Program-made: the position numbers and the translations under genes
Shown here: one piece after another, positions 1-10,837 of the stretch
How positions within the stretch are numbered: position 1 is the first letter of the stretch
Layout: each line of letters opens with the position of its first letter
The notes under the pieces: generated by a model
The model's input: only the letters and a program-made list of their open reading frames with translations
The model's database searches: none
What the model was told of the DNA's origin: nothing
From: Seison nebaliae
Taxonomy: Eukaryota
DNA length: 64,000 nucleotides
Assembly: GCA_023231475.1 (NCBI GenBank)
Contig: JALJEE010002208.1
Coordinates: forward strand, 1 to 64,000
Reading direction: 5' to 3'

Positions 1-674
1 AAGTGAGAGAACTACAAGAAAAAAATGAAGAAATGTTAACAGATAACAATTCTCAAGAACAAGTTCAAAACTTTTTTTGAAATTTCGATAAACGATCAAA
101 TCTCTTTCAATTTTATTTAGCACATCTCTCATTTAGCTAAAAAATTGGGTCGTGTCATAGAAACGGAAGACGAGAAAGAGAAAGAGAAAAACTCTTTTAA
201 AAGTCAACTGGCCCTACTCCAAGTTATTTTTATTTTTCAACATTTTTCATTTTATTCCGTTGAAGACTCGAGTCGCACAACAGAACAATTTGATAAATGA
301 ATTGCAAAAAAATATCAGACTCAAATTCGTGATCTTCAGATAAAATCTGAAAATATTGCTGGTTAGTTTTGATCCTTGTTCATTTGACTGATTGAAATTC
401 TTGTAAAGACAATCCACAATTCGGTTACTTACGTCGTGTACTTTTCGAATACATTATGGGTCATGAACAAAATGTTAAATTTTAATATCTTTTGAATATC
501 ATTTAATTTTCTACAATTGTGTATGTTCAATTGTATTTTCGTGTACAATTGTAGACCATGATCAAAGTGATAGTTGCGATACTACAATTTCCCACTGAAG
601 AAGGAACACAACTCATAAAACGGACTGAAGAGAACCACGTTCACTCATTAACACCAGTTCGACCTTTTCGTTAA
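1..674 (+). CDS. GOLGA4: 3' end of a GRIP-domain golgin (golgin-245/GOLGA4-like), spliced, 5'-truncated by the window
   Basis: Introns 63-120, 223-265, 362-408, 474-554 (all GTT..AG) join coiled-coil exons to DNPQFGYLRRVLFEYIMGHEQNTMIKVIVAILQFPTEEGTQLIKR, resembling the GOLGA4 GRIP motif (YLRKVLFEYMMG..TMAKVI). Stop TAA 672-674. One extra A is needed in the A7 run at 306-312. Confidence 0.8.
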
Positions 675-2954
675 ATGAAATATATTATTCTCCTCTTCCA
701 TTCTTTTCTTTAGTGGTATCCATATATTGGGAAAAAATAGGATTCGAATTTGGAAAAGGAAATATGAAAATTAATCGACATTCTTCCCCTCTTTCATTCC
801 GTCTCTTGTTATTCGTTTTTTTATTATTGTTATTTTCATGGAAATATTATACATCCATAATTCATGTCCATATAAGTCGGAAGGAAAATTTTTTGGAATA
901 TTAAGAAATTTTTAATAGTTAAACTCATTTCCACAATCAAGCAAACGGTTACGAGGAATTTTATTTAATTTTAATCATAAATCAGAGAAGTGAAAAATTA
1001 AATTTAAAAATATTAATATTCTATCAAATACTTCTGATTTTTATTTGAATTCTCAGTTCTCGAAGGAAATTTGAACAAAATTATTATTATTATTTTAAAA
1101 TTCTGAATTTAATTTCGTTTCTAATAATTCCACGTGAAATTGGAGTGAAAAGTTGAAAGTCGATCGATATCGGATTTTTGGTTTGAGCGAAACATTTGAA
1201 TTTCTAGGAATTGGAATGAGAAATTTCTTTTGGAAAAAATAAAGACCGATCAACAATAAACAATCTTTCTCCTTAATCTGTTGGAGAGGGAACATATCCA
1301 AATGATGACGGTAAGAAAAATAAATGATAAACATATGGAGAACGTGAGTGAAGTAAACATGAGTAAAAATAGGTGTAGGTAGAGAAGAAGATGTACATTT
1401 GATTGAAGCCGATTTTGAGGAAGAGTTGGACAAAATAAAATTGAATCATTTAATAAAAGGGGCGAGGAAAGGGGAGTGGGAATATCAAAGTGTAATGGAA
1501 TAGAGAGAGAATTGAACTTTCTTCATTTTCTTCTTGATTATTCCCAACTTATTTATTAATTGATCGTGTAAATATAAAATTTATTATTTTATAAACAGAA
1601 GGTCTTCCATAGTACTTTTGACTGTTTTAGATTGGAGTGACGAATCCCGTTCTCTTCTCACATTCAATCATTCCACAACATTTAATTCGTTCCGCTAGAT
1701 TAGAAGAAATGATTAATCCCTCTCACATCTTTGACCCGAGGCGAATGTGCTTCAAATAATAAAGTGCTCGATTTGTTTTGGATGAGAATCGGAGTTGTAA
1801 TGAATTTGAAATAGAATGTTTTTATTGATAGATGTGGAAAGGACATGTGTACACATCATACTACTTTTCTACATATACTTATATTTATATTAATATATAC
1901 ATATAAACATATGTGCGTGCAAATTCAATACACACGAACGTGTAATTCTTTTATATCGGAGATTTACAGATGGAAATGACATCTTTTATTACGTTTGTGT
2001 TGAAGTCGTGTATGAGAGGGTGTCTATATATTTGCACGTGACAGAGGATGAGGAGTATTGTGAAATAGTTTATTATTAATATTTTGGTTCATTTTATTCT
2101 TGGTGATTCATATCTTCATGTACGCATATGTATTCTTCACTTCACTTCCTAATAATATAAAATTAGATTTTCTTCTTCCAATTTTTATTAGTTGAATTCT
2201 ATCGACGATATGCTTTCCTTCCATATAGGCTATTAATAAACTTCACTAATTCTATTCTCTCCATATCTTTCCTCTCATCATATATTATTTATTTTCTACT
2301 ATATAGTTCATTTTTTGTTTAATTCCGATTTTTTTCTTTGGTTTCCCGCAAAAAATTGATGAATAAACTCTCCCCTCTCTCTCTCTCTCTCTCATCGTTG
2401 TGGTAAAAAATGTCAAATTAAGAATATGAAAAATACATTTCTTTGTTTATAGCGCAAATAATTTATGACTGGAATTAATTTCAGTTTCTTACTGTTATCC
2501 AGGGAATCACAATAATATTAATTTCATCAAATTTAATTATACATATATATATCTATATATAAATATTTTCTTCAATAATTTAACTTCACTATAAATTTAA
2601 TTTTCAAACATTCTAATATATTTCCTTCTCACACGTTCTTTTCTATGACATTTCATGTATTTTTTTGTGCATTTGTATCTGAATTTGATTTATGTTTAAT
2701 ATATATCTCAAATATTAATTGACTTTCCGTTGGAATGTTCTCAATCTTCAATACATTAATAATCAGATGAATAATTGTTATTGTTGTTGTTTCATATTGT
2801 TTGGAGATAATCATGAAAAATATTGAAATTCTTTTTGAAATTTACATTTTCTTTCTTTTCTATTAGATTTTTTTCACAACATATTTTCGTTTTTCTTCAC
2901 AATTTACCGTCATTCATCAAACAATTATTTATCAGTATTCGACTTAATATAATC

Positions 2955-4265
2955 ATGATCGATCAGTGTAACTTATTGCCATATTTCCCCGATACTTCTG
3001 AACTAAGCGGCCAGTTCTTGATTGATATGAAACCATTGGAGCCGACTGGTAAAGATAAAACGGTAAGAAATTCTCGAAATAATTATCATAAGAATTTAAG
3101 ATTTAATAATTCAAAATCTTTCTCAAAAAATTATCGTGGCAAACGGAATTTATTGATGATGACGAGTGAAGACGGTGATCCGATGGATCATTATCATAAT
3201 ATCGAAATTCGTCGAAAACCTATTCATAATGATAAGCACAATCCCACATGGAACAGGAATAAAAAAGATTTTTTGAAGAAAACGAAAGAAATCAATACAT
3301 CACAATCATCTTCACCAACCTCAAAAGAAAGTAGAGATACAAAAATGTTTAATGATCCCATAAACAATTTCGAAGTTCTTACCAATGACGTTTGTATCAA
3401 TAATATTATTAGTCGATTTATTAAATTAAAGCGAACGGGAGCAGATAGTGATTCCGGTGTGGAACATGACATTAAGAATGTTCATGTCAGTGGAAATGAA
3501 AGACGAATTCGAATTGACACAAATTCCTCATTATCTTCATCTTCCAGTGATTTGACAATTCCAATTAATAAACAATTTCCAAAACAAGTTCATTTGTCAC
3601 CAACTAATTTATTAGCAGAACAACCGATGATAATTGATGAAATGACGAAAGATTTATCGTTCAATTCTCTTTTCCCACGAATTCTGACGACAGATGATGA
3701 TCGATTATTTGACGATTTATCACCTGATATTTTATTCCCAGAAAATGTGATATCGGACACTTTAATATCAGATAGTCCCATATCGGATACATTAGTATCA
3801 GAGATTGGATATAATAATGATTCGGTCGAAGAAATTGAAAATCGAACCATTTTTCGACGACGATTGAATCTATTTGATGTTTTCTCTGATGATGTTTCTG
3901 ATGAGGAAATGAATGAGAATAGTGACGATGATACAACTGAAAGTGCTTCACTTACAACGGAGGAAAGTTCGCTTATAACAGGAAAGGATAACGAGAAAAT
4001 TTCATCACCAACGAATATTTCAACGAACAAAACGAATTTATTCCAAAATTCCATGTCATTCCAACAGTTTGTGAAGAATTTGGATTCGGACAATCTCGTT
4101 AATCAAAAACCAATTAAACAGAAAGAATCGGAACAGAAACCAACTCATAATTCATCAATTCCAACAGTTCCACTTTTGTTGAATTTGGAGGAGAATGTAG
4201 AACGTTTGAAGAAGACGCTTAACCAGCAACAACCACGACGGAAATATAAACGTCCGAAAATTTAA
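2955..4265 (+). CDS. Uncharacterised low-complexity (S/D/N-rich) protein with basic C-terminus, single coding exon
   Basis: 436-codon ORF from the first ATG (2955, MIDQCNLL); ends PRRKYKRPKI (NLS-like). No family recognised. Confidence 0.7.
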   Translation: MIDQCNLLPYFPDTSELSGQFLIDMKPLEPTGKDKTVRNSRNNYHKNLRFNNSKSFSKNYRGKRNLLMMTSEDGDPMDHYHNIEIRRKPIHNDKHNPTWNRNKKDFLKKTKEINTSQSSSPTSKESRDTKMFNDPINNFEVLTNDVCINNIISRFIKLKRTGADSDSGVEHDIKNVHVSGNERRIRIDTNSSLSSSSSDLTIPINKQFPKQVHLSPTNLLAEQPMIIDEMTKDLSFNSLFPRILTTDDDRLFDDLSPDILFPENVISDTLISDSPISDTLVSEIGYNNDSVEEIENRTIFRRRLNLFDVFSDDVSDEEMNENSDDDTTESASLTTEESSLITGKDNEKISSPTNISTNKTNLFQNSMSFQQFVKNLDSDNLVNQKPIKQKESEQKPTHNSSIPTVPLLLNLEENVERLKKTLNQQQPRRKYKRPKI

Positions 4266-6735
4266 GTGAAACCTTCCAACTTTCTTATATGGAATAATGT
4301 AGGACAGAAAAAGGAATTGTTCGAACAATTTAATATTGGAACTATTCTTTTATTCTATAACTATATCAACAAAAACAGAACAACATCATCTCCTCTATTT
4401 CGTCATGAGAATTATTAAGTTCAAACCATTCCTCGTTCTGGGAATTGGTGAAATTGAACGAATCATTTTATTTCCTTATATATTTCCACTTCAAATCGAT
4501 TTATATTATCGATCTCATCAATTTCAGTTTTTACTCCTTCAATGTGAACTGTGTGTGTGTGTGTGCGTATTTTTAGTGTTTAAATGTGTATGTGTGTGTG
4601 CGTGTGTAATGTTAGAGAATTGATAGAATGCGTGTAAATGTGCAGACACTATCGAAAAAAAAAATATATATTAACAAAAAAGAAATATCTTCTTTTTCTT
4701 ATTTATTCTAATTTACCGTTTCTCTTCCATCGTTCTGGAAATTGATCTCTTACGAAATTTATTTCACAAATTTCTTTTGACAATCGATTTCTGCCATCAC
4801 ATTTCTTCTATATTATTGATTGAATATTAATTTTCTTCAAACTTCTGAATTTCGTATTCGGACGGGTTTTTATTTCTACACTATTTTCTTTTTTTTTCTC
4901 GATATGAAATTTGTACGCAGAATGACAGATAGTTTTTTTTTCGTTTCCGGTGAATCGATTTCGTTTATTTTATTATTATTTCTTTTTTATTTATATTTTC
5001 AATATATTTAATTTCATCTGATTTCTCCTTTCATCTATCCGTGTAAAGATTTATCAGAAATGGTTTAACGATTTTTCAATTGTCCGTCTCTTATATCTTG
5101 ATTGATTCGACAGTTCACTTCTCTCGATATCTATATTGAATTTATAAATGATTGAAAAGTAAAAAGAAAGAATCGTTTATCCGAAATATAAAATTCTTGT
5201 TCATTTTGACAACACAACTTCACATCATTCAAAAAACTCAGTTGCAATTCATTTCTCACTTGTCCTTGTTTTCATCAAATCTTACCGTCAAATTGAAGTG
5301 CTCTTCATCCTTCTATATCTATTCTATTATCTCAAAATGATGATGACATCTCCAAATCATCATTTTACAATATCCTTTTTCATAGTTGTCTTTCCATTTA
5401 TCATTATTTCGTCATTTGTCAATAACCTCCTCGTACTATTCATCAATTCATCATTTCAATCTTATCCCAATGTTTTAACAATCTTCTTTCACGCACCATC
5501 ATTTCTATCTTATATTTTAGTTCTCTTCGATTTTCAATTACTCTCCATCTTTATCTTTTCTTTAATAAACTCTCTCTCAATGTTCAACATCATCCATTAC
5601 ATGATTAAAATTTATACTAACATAATTTTCATTGAATTCCATTTGAGATTGATAGTCAAGGAGACACATAGATATAAATATGTTTCCGAATAATATTTTT
5701 ATAATTATATTAACCCTTAATATTTCATTTAAAAAAAGAATTTAAAAAATTAACTGAAAAACTTCACAGATGAATATCTTCACAGAACCCATAATTAATC
5801 ATATTCCGATATTAGATGTCGATAACAATGCTGTTATCATTGAAATTACAATTATGATATGGAAACCACCAAAATATAATTAAAAATTCATTTACTTTTG
5901 TTATTCATTTGTTGAAGATATTGTCTTTTCCAGTTGAAATAAATAGGTAAATATAAACAAATTGACGTCATGATAAGAACAAACTTCTTTTTCTTTTCAC
6001 ATTAATTCACGAAAACTTCAGTTTTCATGAAATCTGAAAGAGGGTGAAGGAAATGTTCATATGTAACAGTGAGAATTAACAACAGTTCGATAGCTACTTT
6101 CCGCATCACGTTTAATGGTTTCCGTCGATATGATTCAGGAATTCTTCCTCATAAATTTTTTGTCGAATAAATACCAGAGTGAAGAAATAAGTTTTGTACA
6201 TCAATTCGTCAGATTTGATGAAAGGTGAACGTTGTTGGTTTGGAAGGGGGGAAATGAATGATGATATGTTGATATAAGAATGAGAAACGAGGGAGGATAA
6301 ATATCTTTAATATTTTGGAAATCCGTTTAAGAGATAACTGGTAAGATGTTTGCTTTTATTAGGAATTGGTTTAGTTGTCGACCTTGGAACTTTGTACGAA
6401 CGATATATTCGAATGAATGTTTTCTCCGAGATGTTGATGAGTTGTAAATGGTTGGAGCGTTGGAAGTAATAATGGAAGATAATTGAAGGTAGACGAAGTT
6501 GTGCAATTCATTGCCACATCAGACGATTTATTCAAATAATGAATAATAATTTCTCCCAATACGAACGTACTAGTAACGAATGCTTTACTTCTTTAAATTT
6601 TGCCGCTATTGTTGAGTTGGTGAAGCAGAAGAACTTTCGATAATCAATTGAGAAACTGATTCTTTAAGATTCTCTTCATTCTTTTTCCTTTTTCCTATCA
6701 AATCAACAAACAACCCGTCCCATCAATAATAAACA

Positions 6736-8190
6736 ATGACAAGTGAAAAAGATAAAAGTAAATCAATTCCCATGTTCGAAATACGTTTTGGTGCCAATAA
6801 AGAAGATGATTCTCATTCGCCCTTATCGCCCACATCCGCTTACAAAGTAGCTTTGGACGATGGAGATGATGAGAAGTTGTTGAAGAATTTTTGTGATTTA
6901 CAGTTTAGTCCGAAAGCCATTGGAGAACGTATGGCGCAATTCTCGTCAGTGAAACAATTCAAAAGTGAATTCCGCTCCTCCAAAACTAATACGACTACTT
7001 CCTCCTCTTCTTCCACCGTTCAAATGGAGAAAAGTGGCGATGTTAGTTCGTCGTTAGCGAGAACGTTAGAAGATTGGGAGAAAACGGTACAAGGAATGAA
7101 AGAGGAATTATTTCAATCAAAACCATTTGTTCCATCTCCATTGGAAGAAAATAAGATTGAAAGAAGAAAAGAAGAAGAAGGAAAAAAAGACAAATCGCCA
7201 ACAGTGACATTGAAGGAGAATGAAGAGGAGAAATCATCGATGTTTCCGATAGATATCGATTGTGAAGGATATGATCCCAATTCCATTAAAGTTCGAGTGA
7301 AGAATCGTTGTCTAATCATTGAGTTACAATCGTCGGACAAAGTAAGAAAGGAGATGATGACGAAAACTTATAAGTTGACGGATGATGTTGATGAATCTCT
7401 TATCACTTGTTATTTACAAATGAATGGAATACTTCGATTAGATACGAAAAATGATTCGATTTCTGTTGAAAAGAAAAGAATTTCAAATATTTCCGATTTA
7501 ACAAGTATGTTGAATGCGACGACTCGAATCGACGAGAATAATAAACGTCGTCTCTGTTTCCAATATGATGTGTCAGATTATGAGGACGATAATATTTCCG
7601 TTCTCATTAGTGAGAGAACGTTAAAAGTGAAAGCGTTGAAATGTTTGGAGGATAATCGAACGAAGGAATTCTACCGAGAATTTATTCTTCCTTCCAATAT
7701 CGATGCTGATGATATCCGTTATTGTATTTACCAAGGACAATTGATCGTTGAGGCGACTATCATTGAGAAAGTGGAGGAGAGTTCCCATTTATTATTAGTT
7801 GATGGAAATGATTCGAAGGAGAATAAGAAATCAGAAGAAGAAAAAGAAGAAATAGGAAGAGTTCGAATGGATTTGACACATAATATGGAATCGAAGAAAT
7901 CGTCAGAAAATGATGGAAGAATGTTAAAATTGAAATTTGATGTTGGCAATTACAAACCAGAAGAGATTAGCGTGAAATGTATTGGGAATATTTTGAAAGT
8001 AACAGCAAATCGTGCCGAATCAACGACAGAAGAGAATTTAATAGATTTTAGTCGAAGTTGTGTATTACCAGATGGTGTGGACATATCTCTCCTCGATTGT
8101 ACGTTGAATGAAGAAGGAATACTAAATATTGAATTGCCTTTACCCGAAATCCAATTGACTGCTGATCATATGGATAGAATAGAGAAATGA
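6736..8190 (+). CDS. Small heat-shock protein with three tandem alpha-crystallin (HSP20) domains
   Basis: Three ACD repeats: IDIDCEGYDPNSIKVRV..YKLTDDVDESLITCYLQMNGILRL; YDVSDYEDDNISV..FYREFILPSNID; FDVGNYKPEEISVK..FSRSCVLPDGVD..LNEEGILNIE. Intronless. Confidence 0.88.
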   Translation: MTSEKDKSKSIPMFEIRFGANKEDDSHSPLSPTSAYKVALDDGDDEKLLKNFCDLQFSPKAIGERMAQFSSVKQFKSEFRSSKTNTTTSSSSSTVQMEKSGDVSSSLARTLEDWEKTVQGMKEELFQSKPFVPSPLEENKIERRKEEEGKKDKSPTVTLKENEEEKSSMFPIDIDCEGYDPNSIKVRVKNRCLIIELQSSDKVRKEMMTKTYKLTDDVDESLITCYLQMNGILRLDTKNDSISVEKKRISNISDLTSMLNATTRIDENNKRRLCFQYDVSDYEDDNISVLISERTLKVKALKCLEDNRTKEFYREFILPSNIDADDIRYCIYQGQLIVEATIIEKVEESSHLLLVDGNDSKENKKSEEEKEEIGRVRMDLTHNMESKKSSENDGRMLKLKFDVGNYKPEEISVKCIGNILKVTANRAESTTEENLIDFSRSCVLPDGVDISLLDCTLNEEGILNIELPLPEIQLTADHMDRIEK

Positions 8191-8331
8191 TATTTCTTTC
8201 CAATAACTTCCCATTATTTAGAAGAAAAAAAACTTAACGAAACTTTATTAATTCAATTAATACGTATAGAAATGAATAAAAAATTAATTTTTCGAAAAAA
8301 ATTTTTCAATACTGAACAAATTCTTCCCGTT

Positions 8332-9993
8332 TTAATTTACAGATAAAGAAACAACTCTCTCCACGATCGATCCCAACATTTGTTGTACGACTGGATCGAT
8401 CTCATTCTCAATTGTCGATAGTCGAGGACGTTTTATTTCCAATTTCTCTAACGACGATCGTTTCAAACGTTTATGTCGAGCTAATGATCGTAAATTCTTT
8501 TGAATTAATTCACGTTGATTCATCAAACATTTGAGTTTTCCTTTGAAACGATTGTGGAATTGTCGATGTTTGTCGAATGACATTCGTTTATTCGATTTAC
8601 ATTTTTTTAATGACTCATCCATTTTCTTCAAATCACCTTCCAATTTCACACGACGTTCTTTCAATTCATCCAAATATTTTGGAGTAAAATGGAATGGCTC
8701 CTGATTTTCCACTCTCAAATTCGTCGTATCATGAAAAATTCGTTCAGACGGAACAATATCGAATAATTTGATTGATGAATGATAATTGCGGAGATATCGA
8801 ACAGAAGATTGATGGCGACGTTTCTCTCCAAAATCCATTTCTAATTCATCAGTGAAATAATCAAGACCAAAATTCGGTTCATTGTGATGATGATGATTAT
8901 GAGAATTGACGTTGTGATGTTTCATATGAGGATTGTGAAGATTGTGCATTGGAGGATTTATTGTTGAATTATTGAAATGTTTTGGATGATGAGATTGGTG
9001 TGGTGGTGGACGAGGACCAACTTGACGAGGAATGTTCATTTGATGATTTTTTATCGGATTAGGAACTGATTGAATAAGTTTCCGATGTGGAACATTGAAC
9101 ATGTTGTTGTTGTTATTTATAGTGGGATAATATGGAATCATTGCTGGTGGTCCACGAACGACATTATTTGATTTCTTTCCAATTGGACGATTGACATTTG
9201 ATGATGATTGAGATGGTATCATTCCATTCATAGCATTTCCAGTGATTGGAGGTCTCATTTGTGGATAGATGGTGGGACATCCATAATGTTCCGGTTTCAT
9301 ACGAATCATACTGTGATTAATAAGACTAGTGAGTGTAGAAGGTGGAGAATTGGGAGAATGTGCCATAAATTGTGGAGAGGGCTGTCCCTGTGTCATTTGG
9401 GGAGGCATTGTTTGTTGTTGTGGAATTGCAGTGGGGAATTGAGTGAATGGATTATTCGATGTGGGATAAGCCATCGGATATGGCATCGGACTCATCATAG
9501 GAGGCATTTGATTCGTTTGACTAGATGGTTGACCTGGTCGAGTATTTGGATGTAACATGGTCGGTGTAAATTGACGTGGTCGTGTCAGATATCTCGGTTG
9601 TAACATAAATTGACCATTGGGAGCACAAGAAATAAATCGAGGAACATAAACATTCGACATCATTCGACCACCATTCATGTTTTGATGTTGTTGTTGTTGG
9701 AGGAGAAGATTATTGTTATTATTCATTAATAATCGTGGTTGTGGAATTGATGTGGCGGAGGAAGGAATCATTGGTGGAACATTCATTATAGACGCCACTA
9801 CCGTTCCAGAATCAGACGAAGTTTCGTTGGAACCGACCACACTCCCAACTTCCAATGGATTAGTTGATGTCAATAAATTCTGTTCCGACAACATATTCGT
9901 TATGGGACGACTGATAGGTGTGTTATTCGTAGATTCGGTTGAATTTGATGAAACGGCCACACTCTTCGATGGAGCATTCTCGCCATTCACCAT
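8332..9993 (-). CDS. P/Q/M/N-rich protein with a C-terminal coiled coil resembling the SMARCE1/BAF57 NHRLI region
   Basis: 553-aa ORF. RRHQSSVRYLRNYHSSIKLFD..LDELKERRVKLEGDLKKMDE resembles BAF57 KHTATARFQRNHRLISEI..RKLEAELLQIEE by eye. The ORF is secure; the family call is tentative. Confidence 0.6.
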   Translation of the reverse strand: MVNGENAPSKSVAVSSNSTESTNNTPISRPITNMLSEQNLLTSTNPLEVGSVVGSNETSSDSGTVVASIMNVPPMIPSSATSIPQPRLLMNNNNNLLLQQQQHQNMNGGRMMSNVYVPRFISCAPNGQFMLQPRYLTRPRQFTPTMLHPNTRPGQPSSQTNQMPPMMSPMPYPMAYPTSNNPFTQFPTAIPQQQTMPPQMTQGQPSPQFMAHSPNSPPSTLTSLINHSMIRMKPEHYGCPTIYPQMRPPITGNAMNGMIPSQSSSNVNRPIGKKSNNVVRGPPAMIPYYPTINNNNNMFNVPHRKLIQSVPNPIKNHQMNIPRQVGPRPPPHQSHHPKHFNNSTINPPMHNLHNPHMKHHNVNSHNHHHHNEPNFGLDYFTDELEMDFGEKRRHQSSVRYLRNYHSSIKLFDIVPSERIFHDTTNLRVENQEPFHFTPKYLDELKERRVKLEGDLKKMDESLKKCKSNKRMSFDKHRQFHNRFKGKLKCLMNQRELIQKNLRSLARHKRLKRSSLEKLEIKRPRLSTIENEIDPVVQQMLGSIVERVVSLSVN

Positions 9994-10837
9994 CTCGTTA
10001 TGATTCTAAAATCGAATGAATTCCTGATAATTTTTAAATTATAACGATTTCCTTTTAAATTATTAAATTTGAACCTGTTACTTTTCTATCCCATCTCTCA
10101 TGTCTTCCAAATATTACAATTCTTCAACTTTTTAATTTTCTAAATTTTCAGCTCTCCATTCTCAATTTTTTCCTTTATTTAATTTATTTTATTATTATTA
10201 TTATTTAATTATCTTTATTATCTTTATTTTATTAACAATAGATATTTGTAAGATGGAAAATATTGAATTGAGAATTATTATAACAATATTTCCTTGATCT
10301 TGTTTGACAAATGAATTTTTAGAAAAAAACAATTTTACTATTTCAATTTATTTCTTCATTCTCTTATCATTGTTTTATTGAAAGACTATTAAATTATTGT
10401 TATTAAATTGAACTTCTTTCCCATCAATTGTCCCAATCTCGAATGATAATGAACATCGAAGAATTTGTTGAGAGGCGATTTAGAGAGTAGCATCTTATTG
10501 GAGAAAGGATTGAAGTCATTGAAAACAAATCGTTAATGAGAATAGTGATAGTGTTTGTGTGTTTCATAATTTGACATAAAAAGTGTTTTGGTCAAATCAA
10601 CAGATGCTGTCCAGGACAGTGTGACGACAAGATGAAATGGATTGATAAATTAAAGGAAATCAAATATTTTCATTTTGACATATGGATGAGAAAGGAAGAC
10701 ACGTCCAAATAAAAAGAGAATATTATTTTTCTAAACGATTTTTTTACAGCCAAAATAAAAAGTCTTTTACTTTTCTTCTTCTTCTTTCTCAATAAGACAA
10801 ATAAGGGAATCATTTTAATTTTCAAATAAAACTGAAG

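Noticed and set aside
5152..5693. 131-aa hydrophobic ORF and its purine-rich antisense
   Set aside because: F/I/L/S-rich composition expected from T-rich noncoding DNA; no coherent spliced model on either strand.
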